Shown here piece by piece: positions 24,224 to 37,590 of a stretch of DNA of 64,000 bases (positions within the stretch are counted from its first letter, which is position 1; the number at the start of each line of letters is the position of its first letter). Both the position numbers and the translations under genes were made by a program. The notes under the pieces are model-generated. The model was not told the origin of the DNA. It did no database searches and was given only the letters and a program-made list of their open reading frames with translations. The stretch is from Camelus ferus (lineage: Eukaryota): positions 49,664,001 through 49,728,000 of the forward strand of contig NC_045696.1 of assembly GCF_009834535.1 (NCBI RefSeq). Direction: 5' to 3'.

Positions 24224-24279
24224 GTGAGACGGCGGGCGGGTGCAGTGGGAGAGGGGGTGGAGATATAGTTCAATCCAGT

Positions 24280-24680
24280 AGTTTCATCTGCCTCTTTAGC
24301 TTGGTCTCAGCTTGGATTACTCACAAAAATACTCAGTCTTTCAGAGCCCAACTTCCTTCCCCTATTAATCTCCAAGATGACACGTGAGTGTAGACATGTG
24401 GCTCCCATAGCTCGAGGTGGTTGAGAGGAGGCACAGTTCAAGGAGCTATGCTGTGCTGCCTGAGTCTTCGTGGGGTCCCTTCGGGGGGGGGGGTTGCTGA
24501 TCTCAGCTGCTCCCGGGACTGACAGTTCTGTTGGCATCTGCGACTGAAGATCACAGCTGGTGTAATTCATAATTTGCAGTCTGTTCTGTCAGCTAGTCTG
24601 GGCCCAGGAATTTCTCCTGATGACTTAATCCTTCCTCAGTCCTCAGTGATGCTGTGCATCCCCCCAGAGGTCTGACTGTT
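24280..24680. mobile_element. Probable old ERVL-type LTR fragment (LTR40-like)
   Basis: gagctatgctgtgctgcctgagtcttcgtggggtccct...gctgatctcagctgctcc...ctgacagttctgttggcatctg; recognised by eye only. Confidence 0.35.
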
Positions 24681-24892
24681 CTTCCCTAATGGTTCCAAGT
24701 TTAGGTGTTGGCTCTGTAGCCCAGAGCCACTTTGCCCCTACTTGCTGATTTTCAGCACAATTCACCACCACTACCCACGCCCCCCAGGGGCAAGTGGGAG
24801 TTTTTGAGTCTGTCTATGCTATTTGGGAAAAAAGCTAAATTCCAGGCCTGTCCCTGTCTAGTCTGCACCACTTTTACTTTTATGGGGCCACC

Positions 24893-25360
24893 TGTTAAGG
24901 GTTGAATTGTGATCCCCCCAAAAAGATATTTGAAGTCCTAACCCCCAGTACCTTAGAATGTGACCTTGTTTGGAAATAGGGTCGTTACAGATGTAATTAT
25001 TTAAGATGAAGTCATACAGGAATAGGGTGGACCTTTAATCCAACATGACTGGTGCCCTTATAAGAAGAGCCACAGAGACACAAAGAGACAGGCACGTGAG
25101 GGGAGAGGGCCATGTGAGAACAGAAGTGGAGATTGAAATGCTGCAGCTGGAAGCCAAAGAAAGCCAAGGGCTGCCAGCAGCTGCCAGAAGAAAGGATGCA
25201 GCTCATGCACAACTTTCAGACGGAGCGTGGCCCTGCCAACACCTTGATTTTGGACTTCTGGCCCCCAGAACTCCGTGACAATAAATGTCTGCCATGGTTT
25301 AAGTGCTACAGCCACCCAGTCTGCAGGGATTTGCTGCAGCAGCCCCGGGAAACTAACACA
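24893..25360 (+). mobile_element. MaLR solo LTR (MLT1C-like), complete
   Basis: TG...CA termini; perfect 5 bp TSD CCACC at 24888-24892 and 25361-25365; gaatgtgaccttgtttggaaataggg and ccctgccaacaccttgattttggacttctgg motifs; AATAAA near 25280. Confidence 0.92.
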
Positions 25361-26249
25361 CCACCCCAGGATAGAGCTGAGATGTCTTGGGTCCTGTGAG
25401 GGAGCCTTCTTCCAGCATCCCAAACAGGAAGCAGGACAGACCCTGTGGGTTCTCCTCGCTCTGACATTGCCCCACACACCCCCAACATCACCTTGCACTC
25501 CCCGGAGTTCAGGGCACACAGCTGACTGCCTGCTTTCTTTCTTCTCCTGACAATCAAGCAGGACCCAAAGGGTCAAGTTTTCCTCACTTCCTTTTCCTAC
25601 CTGACTCAGATACCCCTCTTCTAAAGTCTGTGATCAAATCCATCAAGCCTTACCTCTTAATATATTAAAGAAAACCAAAAGAAGGAAAGAAAAAAACTTA
25701 GAAAATACTTTTCTCTCCAAAAAACCGATCTGGGCTATGAGTCTTGCTTTCCCTCAGACTCAAATATCACATTTGAGACGCGAGAAGCTGGCTACTGACT
25801 GTCTCATCATCTTCACGACTCTAAGTCCCGCACACATCGCAGGGTCAGCACATGTATCTGATGCAAAAAGCCCGAACATAAATAACACTTGAGAGCAGAG
25901 CTTTCACAGAATCATTGCCCAATTACTTCCCTTTTTGCAGACAACTTATAACCATGCTCTATTCTCTCCTTGAGAAGTGAAGAAAAAAGAAATCCTTAGC
26001 AGTATCCTCTCATGCTCCAACCCATTTGCTGAGCTGCACATTTCCTCCTGGCAGTCTGGACCAAAAACAGCATGACAGGCACACTGTAAGCCACGGGGGC
26101 CTTGGGGAATCAGGGTCAGTACATCTTCTTATAACTAGATCTTCTGTATGTCTCATTTGGTAGCTTCAATGTCCAATCTTACTGTGTGTTCATGTCATAG
26201 TACTTACTGTCTAGCCGTGTTCCTCCTGGGAACTCCAGACATTTCTGGG

Positions 26250-26751
26250 GGCCTACAGCATTCACTCTCTTTTCTTCCTTTCCGCCAGACTGTGATACTT
26301 CTTTAGATACCCATCCTTTTCTAACACAGTCCATGTCCTTCAGTGGCCTGATAGACTAAACGGTTATTGCATTAATTTTTTCTTGTGATTGGCTCTGAAA
26401 TGAGCATGTGACCCAAATCAGACTGATGGGGCTCAAAGAGCTTCTGCTAGATATTTCTGGGGAAAAGCTTCCTTGCTCTTAGGGGACTCGACAGGAAGCA
26501 AGTCTCCCTTACAGCGGAAGTGGAAGAAAAATGCATGGAGCCCTGTCTGCAGCAGGCAGATATCTAACAATTATGAGGACAACTCTCCTTAAAAGGAAGC
26601 TTGTGTTCAGCAGAGCTCAGGGATGAATGCGTCTGAGTCCAAGTGCTGAAGCCCACTCAGTCTAGGATGTCCAGTTATATGAGGCGGTGACTTTCTATAT
26701 GATTTAAACTAATTTGATAGACTTGTGGTTGACAGTATTCTAACAGATACA
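26250..26751 (+). mobile_element. Old MaLR LTR (MLT1J/K-like)
   Basis: gtgattggctctgaaatgagcatgtgacccaa ... ccagttatatgag ... ttctaacagataca. Confidence 0.6.
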
Positions 26752-27290
26752 AACTTCAGTGGCCGATGTAGAGTACATACAACGTGGGGAAAAAGCCACA
26801 GAGCAGTTTAGCCTGTTTAGTCATAGTTGCGTAAATCATTCATTCTGCCTACATGTTCTGGAAACCAAGGGAGATTTTTTCCTTATGTTTCTATTTCTAG
26901 ACTCCTTACCTTTCTGAACCATATTTTGATGGAGTCGCCTGTTCACACTAAAAACTTAACATTTAATCCATAAATTCAAAGAATGGCTATTCTGTGGTGT
27001 ACTTCCAAGAAGTATTTTTAGCTTTAGTGTCAATAATGCCTAGGTGAGAAAACAGAAAAGGAAAAGACTTGCTTATGCCCATGAATTTCCATAATCTAGG
27101 TTTTTGTCACAAATCAGTGTCAAACAATACAACAAACATACAAATGGCTGAGATTTTCTCTGATAAGCTGAATCCAGATTCTTTACTCTGTCAATATATT
27201 TCTATTTTGGTAATATGTGGAGATTCTTACCCCATCAAAAGGAGAGACACTAAAATGTTAGTTTCAAAAGATTCTCATTTTTTGGAACTC

Positions 27291-27830
27291 TTTTTTTAAA
27301 ATTTAACTTAATTTTTTTATTGAGTTATAGTCAGTTTACAATGTTGTGTCAATTTTTGGTGTACAGCACAATTCTTTAGTCATACATGAATATACATATA
27401 TTCATTTTCACATTCTTTTTCACCATGAGCTACTACAAGATATTGAATATATTTCCCTGTGCTATACAGTATAAACTTGTTTATCTATTTTATATATACC
27501 AGTCAGTATCTGCAAATCTCAAACCCCCAGTTTATTCCTTCCCAACTGCCTCCCCCCTGGCAATTACAAGTCCGTATTTATCTGTGAGTCTGTTTCTGTT
27601 TTATATATAAGTTCATTTTTCTTTTTTTTTTAAGATTCCACATATAAGGGATATCATATGGTATTTTTCTTTCTCTTTCTGGCTTATGTCACTTAGAATG
27701 ACATTCTCCAGGGACATCCATGTTGCTGCAAATGGCATTATGTTGTCATTTTTATGGCTAAGTAGTATTCCATTGTATAAATATACCTCAACTTCTTTAT
27801 CCAGTCATCTGTCAATGGACATTTAGGTTC
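27291..27830 (-). mobile_element. Camelid/cetartiodactyl L1 3' end
   Basis: Poly-T, then attgagttatagtcagtttacaatgttgtgtcaattt...catccatgttgctgcaaatggca...gtagtattccattgtata; flanked by imperfect TSD tcatttttggaactctt / tcatctttttgaactctt. Confidence 0.88.
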
Positions 27831-29729
27831 ATCTTTTTGAACTCTTAATGAAACCAATTGTACCAGAAAATGCTTACAGTAACATTAGGTAGTTGTATTA
27901 GATAAACAAGCATTTTTCATTGGAGGAAAATACAAACCACACCTTCTTTTAAATAATCCCTTAAGTGCTACATTATTTTGAAGGTTTTTTTACTTGAATG
28001 TTCTCAATTTTTGGCTCATTTAAATCAGCCCATAGATGAGCCTATAAGAAGCTGGAAAAGGAAAGGAAAGTTTAACTGTAACCAATTAGCTTCTCTTTAG
28101 TTGTTTTAAGAAGCTTACTTTAGGAAAGAGTTTTCTGGAATAAAATCTTGGTTTTCTTTAAGTTCATCTTTGTCATCTCTTCTTAATGTGTTTATTATTG
28201 TTAATATTAATACTATATAAAACTTTATATTTGATTGTCTTATTAACATCTTTTTTAAAAAACCTTAGAAATAAGCCAGGCAGGTAAAATTCTTTCAATA
28301 TGGTATTTGCTGGAATTATCCAATTATTCCAAAGGATAAACCTGGCACATTAGGGATAAGTTTAGTCACATCCTCTTTAAAGTGTAGTTTTCAGAGTCAC
28401 TTGAGTAATTTTAAACACCTGTGCTATTTCCCTTCCTTTGCCTAGGCGCTGAGGAATTGTGGCTGCTACAACAAGAGTTGGACCCTTACCTTTTCTCTCA
28501 GATAGGTAGTCAGGACGTGAGATAGCATGACAACAGTGGAACAAAGGGAACTTCTTAAAGCCCAAGAGTAATGCCGTCATTTTTCTCCATCGCCAGGGAA
28601 GGAAATCAGAAACTCTGCCATCCCACATTCCTTTGGCAATTCTGCCCAGGGAGGTGTGGTCCTGTAGGGAGGAGGGAAGAGTAGGGGAAGGGAGTGAAGA
28701 TCAGATGAGCCAGAGCCCTCTGGGAGAGACAGCCTAAGTCCAGGACAAAGCAGGCTACGTATCTGCAATTTCTAACTGTAGGGTGATTCCAGCCAGGACT
28801 TGCTGGGTGGTTTGGAATCACCCCTCACTTGTAATGATCACAAATCCACTCATTGTCATTCAAGTTGTTCATTAAACCTTTGGGGTTTCTATTTAAAACG
28901 AGGAGGTTTGGAATGAGTAATGCTAACAGTTGTTGAAGCACTCAGAATCCCGGATAAACAGGTATCTGATTTATTTATCTAAGCTAATGCTAAGTAAATG
29001 TAAAGCAACACGATCACCTTTAGCTTCAACATGGATGGGGTAAAAATAAATCTAATTTGAAGATTTCCAAGGAATAAAACTGGTAAATTTAAAGTGACGC
29101 AGTGATTTAAAGAAATTAAGTTGATTTGATGCTTGGGCCCCTACAGTGTACTTCCTTCACTTTCTTTCACTGGATTTGTGGGTACTGAGAGCAGATCTTG
29201 AGGATCTCTGTGTAATGGCACGGAGCTGGGCTCTGCGTGACACAGCAAGCTGAAACAAGTTATCATCTTCTATACCTTTAAAGGGAATAGTGCACAGTAG
29301 TGTTAAGTACGTAGTATTTTTGAATGTTGAATAAATTAACCCACAGCAAAGGATAAACTAGAACACACTTCATCTGCAATATTTTAATTATATTTTACAG
29401 AATAATTTCTTATATATTTAAAGTTAACATTGAATCTCATTGTATATGTATCTGTTTGATAATAAAGTGAAGACATTTTGACTATCAAAATTTGGCCAAG
29501 AAGGCACTAAATTGGTCATTTATGTCCAAATAAGGAGCAATATATTTTGTGATTTCAATATACATTCAAAATATATTACAAACTATTTTCATGAGCATGA
29601 TTCTGTTAAATGAGAATAAGCAAGGTTTAGAGTGAATTTAAGGTTGACCTAAGGATCCTGGCAGAGCTGTAGTGAGACACTGTGTAAGAAAGTGCTCTGT
29701 AAAGTGCCATGAAGCTGTTCCTAAAGCAC

Positions 29730-29990
29730 AGGGGTATCACAATGGAAGCTGAAGTCAGACGGGCTGGAATAGTCAGACCCTCCCAGGTCGGCTGCTGGCT
29801 GGCTGTCCGCCCTGGGGCAAGTTATTTCATCCCTGAAGCCTTGGTTTTCCCATACATAAAATGGAAAAGAACACTATCTTCCTCACAGGGATTTAGTAAA
29901 TATGAGATGAACTAATGCACAAAAGCATTTTCGCCCAGTGGCAATTCAAAGCAAGAACTTAATTCACATTATCATCTTCCATTTCTTCAT
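29730..29990 (+). mobile_element. MIR SINE
   Basis: ctggggcaagttatttc...ttttcccatacataaaatgg...cttcctcacaggg. Confidence 0.7.
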
Positions 29991-30224
29991 CATCTTCATC
30001 ACCACCCACCACCAGAAGTGGTCTCTTCTCCCTTACTGCTAATCCTACAAAATGTCAAGACTGCCAAGAGAAAAAAGGAAAGGAAATACAAAAATAGGCA
30101 GATGATTGCTAAAATGTGTTTTTAGAGTCTCTCACTTAGAACAATCTGTAAACTGGTCTTTTCAGGCTTGTCTTCCTCAGATGGATGGTCCCCGAAATCT
30201 AAGTGACCTATGGACAGAAACCTG

Positions 30225-30656
30225 ACCATATCATTCCTCTAATCTCTTACACAGTTGTCTGTTACCTACTAGGCAAAGTCCATAGCCTTTGCTCTGGTTT
30301 TCAGGGAGGGTCTTTCAGAATTGAGCCCCTGCCTGCACCTTCATCCTCACGTCTGACCAGGTAGACCAGATCAGATCAAGGTAAATCAGGTGGACCTACC
30401 TGGCTACCTCCTGGACAAATCCTGCTTTGTTATGACTCACTTGAGAAAACACCAAAAAAATGAGCAAGTCAGCCCAGATTCTATCACTTCTTGGGAAGCT
30501 ACATGCATACCCACTTGTCAAATTGCTTTATAAACACACTACACTGTGAGCTCCTTATGGGTAGGGTCCCAGGGCTTACCATGGTGCCTGACATATTTTA
30601 GGGGCTCAATAACTATTTCTGAATGAATGGCTCAATGAATAAATGAATGAATACAC
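30225..30656 (+). mobile_element. L2 3' fragments
   Basis: ctgaccatatcattcctct ... actgtgagctccttatgggtagg...gtgcctgacat...ctcaataactatttctgaatgaatg. Confidence 0.65.
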
Positions 30657-31399
30657 ATCGGATAACCAGATGCAAAATATATAGATTTGCAGAGTTGCTG
30701 GAGCCAGTAAAGTACCTTACAAGTCTTGAAGGGGACTGAAAAAGAACATTCTTTTCCCAATCTAGTTTGAAAACAACGAAAAGATAGACATGGAAATCTG
30801 GCAGAAGGAGATAAAAATGTCACCCTTATTACTGATAAAGATAATGAAGAAGGACATGGCTTAGGTGCAGGACAACAACAGACTTCCTGAAACTGCACTC
30901 TAGAATTAGACTCAGTCTCCAGACCCCACACCCCTCCTGCTGGAGGACTTGCCTCTGTATAACTTAGAGCGCGAAGGAGAAGACCAGAATGTGTAGTTCC
31001 TGAGGTCAGCTGGCTGCCAACCACCCAGAGCCAGTTTACTTTCCAAATGCACCAATGAAATACTTACCTCTTCTCCTCTGGGACAGAGTGAGTCAAGTGG
31101 GGAAGAGAGGCCAAAAGGCTTACAGCAACTGATGTCACTTAGACTTGTAAGTCGAGCCAGGGGAAGTTGCTCCGCTCCCATCCCCAGTATCCTCATGTCC
31201 CACAAGAGACCGGAGAAGTGGATCACAAAGATATTCCCAAATTATATATCAGTCAATGGAGTATCTTTCGACTTTCTCTCCTTAACTCCCCCTTTCCAAT
31301 TGATCTGTAAACACAGATTGAATGATGTACTTAAGCATACTTCTTATCAAGGTTTTATAACTGTTATGGTTTCTAAAAAATTAGACCTCTTTTTTTACT

Positions 31400-31515
31400 C
31401 AACTCATTCAATGAAGCTTAGCAAATATTTACTGAGACCCTGCCAAATGTCAAGCACAGTAAAATATAAAGATAAGTATATGATAGTGATCCTCTAGAGT
31501 TTACAATCCAGACAG
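31400..31515 (-). mobile_element. L2 3' tail
   Basis: gcaaatatttactgagaccctgccaaatgtcaagcacagt...gagtttacaatccag. Confidence 0.6.
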
Positions 31516-32645
31516 CATCTACTGATCTTTTTTCTGAACTAGAGAAAAGGGAACTTGGTCACTTATGAGATCAAAATGCAAGAGAAAAATATTCCTTTTT
31601 TTTTTTTTCTAATTTCCATGTTTTTCTCAGTAGTTAAGTGACTGTTCACCCAGAATTTAGGATATTTCTCTTCCCCGTTGAGCAGCATGAGAGCCAAGAG
31701 ACGGATGACAAAGGTCATGGAAACCACTGGAGATCCATTTAACTTCCCTCATCTCGCTCATGTTGCTCCATCTCACAGAGGCCTGCAACTGGTAAAGAGA
31801 GGAATTGGGCAAAAAGGCTTGGACAGATTGTTCAAATCCATCACCACAACTGTAAAACAGCTCAGACTAGCGGATGGATGATTTCCCCTTCCACATGAAG
31901 GCATCATACCTACTCCTCTCCTAGCCTGGCTTCCTGGATCTTCCATTGTTCTTTGTTTGTTTAAAAAAAAAAAATCTTGAGATCTTACATTTCTAAGAAT
32001 TTTAGTAGCTTTTTTATTTAACTAGATTCTAGAAGGCTGCACACATTATTTTACTAGATCTCAAGCTCACACTAGTTTTTCTGTTCTGTTTTGTTTTTAC
32101 CTCATTTTGTCTTACATCTTCTCATCACCAATTGGCTGAAACAAGTCAAAAAAAAAAAAAAAAACCACCAGGAATTAGATACGGTTCTAATTCCTAAGAG
32201 ATCCAGATTCATGGTTTACCTTCAACTTCAACTTCAACTTTTTAGCCAAATCATTACAGAGAAATTTGTAATATTGTTCCCTTTGGCTATACTAAATGAT
32301 GTATATAAAGCTACTAAATTTTGGAGCAAGCTTCCATGCTCTCAGAATTGTTCTTTATCACCAAAAAAGCAACTTTGTTCTTTCTCCCACTTCTGAACTT
32401 CTATTAGATTAACAGCAGGAACACAAAGTAGTTTCTAAAGAAAATTTTCATTTTCACTTTGGAACAGCTTAGCAGCATATACAGCATGAGGAATAGCAGA
32501 GAAGCCAGCATGGGTATTTCTGCTAGGGGAAAAAAAAAGAGACCAACAAAGTTAATGCAACCAAAAATTCTTTTCCTGAAATGCAGTCTTTATTCTATTG
32601 ACTTATGAGATAGCATATGGATTCAGAGCAATGATTTTAAAATAA

Positions 32646-32695
<50 letters not shown>

Positions 32696-32722
32696 GTGTG
32701 TGCTTATATATATATATATGTA
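32646..32722. repeat. Compound (TA)n(TG)n(TA)n microsatellite
   Basis: Directly visible. Confidence 0.93.
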
Positions 32723-34129
32723 CATGTAACTTTGAGGGCATGTATAAATCTTTTGTTTCTTAAAGTGATGGGTAAGGAAAATGTCAAAAAAAAGGCAACA
32801 AATCCCAGAGTCTAAGACTACCTTTGCCTCCACAAAGGGCTGTATGATCTTAGGTAACTAACTATACTTCCATGCCTTTTTCTAGACTTGTAAAGGAAAA
32901 AGGAGAAGAAAAGAAAGACACAATGAGATGGTTGTTTGTTATTCCTATGTCTGTTCAGAATCTACAGGAGATGACAGGATAAATAAAAAGAAACTGTAGA
33001 CAGTAGAGGCACAAATATTATAGGGGCTTCTCTAAATCACTTTGCAAATACATGTTTAAAAATTTCAAATGTATTATGTAATAATTACCCAATAGAATGT
33101 ATATTCAGTATTGAACAGATTTTAAAAGAAGATTTCATGTGCTAAAAAAAAAGTCATTCCTGGGCTTTGGCGATAATATTCACTTAATAAAATACCCAGT
33201 ATTTCTTTTGTCCAAAGCATTTTGAAGCCATGACAAAAAAGTGGAATATTCCCAGAAGCAGTGGAAAGCACATTTCTAGGGTTAATAAGCTAGAAGAGGA
33301 TGTTTTGCAAAAATTTTCTTAGAGCCATCAATTTAAATCCATCTGGAGAAGCAATCAGCAATCTCATAATAAAACCCTGGCTGTATAACATACAACTGTA
33401 ATACCCCATTTTTACAGTATATTTACCCTGTATTTAATATGACCCAATACCTCCTATTTTTCAAGGGTAAATTTCAATAAATGGTGATGACTTTAAATGA
33501 TATATGAAAATATGCAGATAAAGATATCCATTTATAGCTACTCATCCATCTATCTATACAGATACACAGATAATAGAGATGATATAAATAGAGACAAAAA
33601 TACAAGCATGGTTTAGATATAGGTGTATCACAGGTTAACAATATGATTAAGTCTAAGGTGAGGAATAGAAAAATTCACAGAGACTAGGCTCACCAGTGGG
33701 ATGTTGCATTACCTACCAACATTCTTATGAGGTTGGAAGGCCCTGAGTGGATTATAGGGCATCTCATAGATAGCATGAGCAAGCCGGGTCAGAGAGGGTC
33801 ATTCCCTCCCAGCCTGGGAGCAGGTAGAAACAGGAGAGATCTGCGGTGCTGTTTCCCATGACGCTAGCTCAGGAGTCTTGCCTTTGACTCTGTGGTCTTA
33901 GCTACCAGCTGCCCAGATGGACCACATCTCTTGTTTGAGCCCTACCAGGTCCAGAACCTAGAAGTCCTGCCCACACACACCTGTGACTGCTGCCAACAGC
34001 TACAGCTCCAACCACACTTTAGTTCTTTGTACCAAATATACTAACCTACATCAAATCATCCTCTTTTCCCAGAATCCTCGACTCTCTGTCAGTGATACTG
34101 CTTGTATTGGTATGAAGTTTGCAAACTTA

Positions 34130-34635
34130 AAATTTTTTAATGTTTTTTATTAAAGAAAAAAACAAAGAATGCCAAAAGGTAAAATTATACAAAATATTCA
34201 ATTATTTTCAGACCACTCTACCCTAAACCCCTCCATTCATTCTTAATCCCCAGATGAAAACAGCACGAGTTTAGTTTTTACTTTCTGACACTTAGGCTTT
34301 TCTTCTGCTTTTAACAAAAGATGAAATTATGCATTCTGGTTTATAGTTACTCTTTTTACTTAAAACGTATTCAGGTCAGTTTATTTAGATTTACTCATTC
34401 TCAGACAATTCCATAGCATAGATATACCATAGTTTACTTAACTGTTACCTGACTGATGGTGGTTTCAGTTTTTTAATGTTGGGCTCCCACACACAAGACT
34501 GCAGTAAATATCTTGGCACATATGACTTTAAGTACTCCTGTTATCATTTCTTTATAAGACTGGTTTTTAGAAGTGACATTGCTGGATCATAGGGAATCCT
34601 ATGTGAACAATTTTTAATAAGTGCTGTCACATTAC
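34130..34635 (-). mobile_element. Very old L1 (L1ME-like) fragment
   Basis: ttccatagcatagatataccatagtttactta...ctgcagtaaatatcttggcaca...attgctggatcataggg. Confidence 0.6.
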
Positions 34636-34885
34636 TGGGGCCAATTTTGGACTTAATGTCTTTATTCTTCTCCTTTGTAGACCCCAACTCAAGTCTCTGG
34701 AAACCTCCTTTGTAGTATCATTCTGCCATTTAACCCAGACCTGATATCACCTTGACTACATGTTTTAGACACTATTTAGTGTTCAACATGCTTAGACACT
34801 GACTTTAGCTTCCTCACTGGTTTTTTCATATCTGGTCTCTCATTCTAACATTATGGTCATATTAACCTCAAAAATTATCTTATGC

Positions 34886-35093
34886 ACACATATTACTATA
34901 TACAAAATAGATAAGCAACAGGGACTTAATATATAGCACAGAAAACTATATTCAATTTCTTATAATAACATATAATGTAAAAGAATCTGAAAAGAAAATA
35001 TATATACATATGTATATTTATAAAACTGAATCGCATTGCTGTATACCTGAAACTAACATCATAAATCAACTACATGTCAGTAAAAACTTTTTT
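34886..35093 (+). mobile_element. 5'-truncated cetartiodactyl L1 3' end
   Basis: 13 bp TSD with one mismatch (aattatcttatgc 34873-34885 / aattgtcttatgc 35094-35106); same motif as the 5093-5349 copy. Confidence 0.85.
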
Positions 35094-35269
35094 AATTGTC
35101 TTATGCGTATCACATCTCTATAATCTTCCAGGAGTTCCCATTGCCTGAAAAATGGACCTTAGCCATACATTCGGGATCCTTCACAATCAAGTTTCAGTTT
35201 TTCTCATTTTATCCCTATTTCTCCTATTTAAAAATTTGGGAGTGAGAAAGCAGCTGGGGAAGAGATTTG

Positions 35270-35462
35270 CCATGAACCACACACTCTTAGGCACTCCACA
35301 TGCCTGAAGTATTTTAATCGTCACATCAGTTTCAGAAGACGGGAAACTAATGACTTAGGAAGGCAATTTACTCTCTACCCCAGAGGTATAGCAGCTGGAG
35401 TTGTGGACCGAAATTTAGTATATCTGACAGCAAAATGCATGTTCTTACTATCACACCATATT
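35270..35462 (-). mobile_element. MIR SINE
   Basis: cagaagacgggaaactaatgacttagg...atctgacagcaaaatgcatgttcttactatcacacca. Confidence 0.55.
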
Positions 35463-35667
35463 TCAATTCAGTAAATACTTATTTGACAGATAGTCTGTAT
35501 AAAATACTTTATTATGTGCTATAGACGACTAAAAATTTTAAAGAATGGGACATAATTGACATTTAGTCATGGTGCCTGCCTCCCTGGCAACAATTCCTTC
35601 CGGCAGAGAACCTTGTGTCATGGTACCTGTCCCCTGGCAATAGCTGGTTGAAAGAACAGCAGGCGCC

Positions 35668-36167
35668 TGTTCTGGTTGTCTATTGCTACCTAACAAGCCA
35701 CCACAAAACTCAGTAGCTTAAAACAATGGCAACATTTATGTTGTTCACAAATCTGCCCAGGGGGACATCTTTTCTACACTCAGCATCAGCTAGAGTGAAT
35801 TGAAGGCTAGAAATGAGAATTGTCAGAATTCTGCTTTTTCACAAGTCTAGAGGCTGGCACTGGCTGTCACCTGGGCTCTCAGGGGGGACTGGCACCTGAA
35901 ATACCTTCCTTGCAGTCTTTCTGGCTTGGGGCTTGGGTTCCAAGCATAAGCATCCCCAAGGGCCAGGCCGAAGCTGTTTGGCCTGCTGGGACTTAACCTT
36001 GGAAAGTATCACTTGGTATCACTCCCTCTGCAGATACAAGCCCACCCAGATCCTGGAGAGGAAGTGTAGACCCCACTTCATGATGAAGGAATATTGACGT
36101 CACATTGTAAGAAGAGTGTGTGGATGGTGCCCCCTTCTTAGAATACAAGTGCCGGTGACCTGTCACA
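35668..36167 (-). mobile_element. MaLR LTR (MLT1H-like)
   Basis: tctattgctacctaacaagccaccacaaaactcagtagcttaaaacaa ... tagaccccacttcatgatg ... ctgtcaca. Confidence 0.7.
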
Positions 36168-36419
36168 GGAAGGTAACCCAGGACAATCAAGTGTCTTTTC
36201 AAGTGAATGTAATTCATTAATAATTTAGGGAATAAAACAGCTGCTGGGGTTTAATCTGGAAGGACATAACGGAGGAGGAGGAGGGCTTGACGGAGCACGT
36301 AACACTAACGTTATGGAGCAGCAGACACTAGGGCTGAGAACCCAAGTCCTGTTCACGTTGATGTGTACCCTCAAGACAGCACAGTACCAAACACATGGCA
36401 GATGCCCATATGTGCCCCG

Positions 36420-36695
36420 TGAAGACATATATGAATGACTGAAAAGAGGGGACACAAAAGGAGGGGTAAGTTTGGAGAGGAAAAATGAGATTCTGTTAGA
36501 AATAGGTTGAGTTTCCCGTTACGTAACTCCTCACTGAGACGTCTAAAAAGCAGTTAGGGAGGTGGGTCTGTGGCTCAGAAGAGAGAGAGCAAGAATTAGG
36601 GAGAGGACTTAGGAAGCCATGGGCAAGGTGACACTTTGGCTGAATGTGACTGTCAAGGAGGAGCACACAGAGGAAGACCAATGGCTAAAGCTCAA
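36420..36695 (-). mobile_element. L2 fragment
   Basis: gagacgtctaaaaagcagttagggaggtgggtctgtggctcagaagagag. Confidence 0.55.
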
Positions 36696-36704
36696 GCAAA
36701 ATAA

Positions 36705-36965
36705 TGAGCAGTTAATGTGATAGGCTCTGAGTCTGAACACCTGGATTTAACGTCTGTGATACCTGCTTCACCACTTTCTGTGTATGTTCTTAGGTTTAGC
36801 TATTTAATCGCTCTGTTCCTCTGCATCCTGTTGTAATATTGTTATAACAATAATAAAAGCTGCTTGCAGGGCTGTGGATTAAGTAGTATAATGCCTGCAA
36901 AGTGCTTAGAACGGAGTCTGGCACATAGTCAGCAATCAATGTGTATTAACTTTCATAACTGTTGT
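36705..36965 (+). mobile_element. MIR SINE, near full length
   Basis: ggctctgagtctgaacacctgg...aaagtgcttagaacggagtctggcacatagtcagcaatcaat. Confidence 0.8.
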
Positions 36966-37409
36966 TGGTTTTTTTAGAAAAACATCTAAAGGTTAGGAAT
37001 AAGCAGAGGGAGAGTCAGAGAGTAACACTGGGCATGAAGGCCTTATGAAACCTTGTGTAATAGCCCTGAGGAATAGCTGCAGTTACATTCATTGCTGAGT
37101 GGCCAAACATCAAAGAGCTGCTGACTGTTAATAAAGATGGGGTGACACGGTGAGTCATATTTTCTAGGCCATTATTTCACATAGCCTGTTTTTTGGGGTG
37201 TGCTAGAGTAATATGTGTTGCGTCCAAAAATATATATATATATGTTCTATACTCAAAGAAATTTGGGAAATGCTGAGTTCAACAAAATTAAATAGACTTT
37301 CCTTAAATGCATATATCAGTGTGAGTTATGGCTTACTGAGAAGGAGGTATAGAGAGCATCATTTCCCAAACTCTGATTTTTTTTAGGCATCATTATGATA
37401 AACCAATGT

Positions 37410-37590
37410 GTAGAATACAACTTCTCAATGCTAGTCAAGGAAAAAATCTTTTGGGCACTCCTTAAAAGTACATATTAATGGACACACCCACACAGATTCT
37501 GTTTAGAAAGTCTGGAGTGAGGTTAAGGAATCTGTATTTTTAAAAACTCCCTGGTGTCGCCTTACCTGCAGACAGCCTGGAAGAGGAACT
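37410..37590. mobile_element. MER5-like fragment
   Basis: cagattctg...aggaatctgtatttttaaaaactccctggtg. Confidence 0.5.

Noticed and set aside
23818..24387. ORFs with THTHTH / VCVCVC runs (also at 5128, 20146, 20223, 32603)
   Set aside because: Translations of (CA)n/(TG)n microsatellites.
25012..25576. Cluster of six overlapping ORFs
   Set aside because: They lie over an MLT1 solo LTR and its flank; non-coding.
30357..30403. Short inverted repeat ccaggtag...ctacctgg as a possible miRNA hairpin
   Set aside because: The stem is only 8 bp with a large unpaired interior, and it sits among L2 fragments.
30765..31010. Purine-rich, exon-like + strand segment after ttttcccaatctag
   Set aside because: All three frames hit stops within about 40 codons and none resembles a protein I know.
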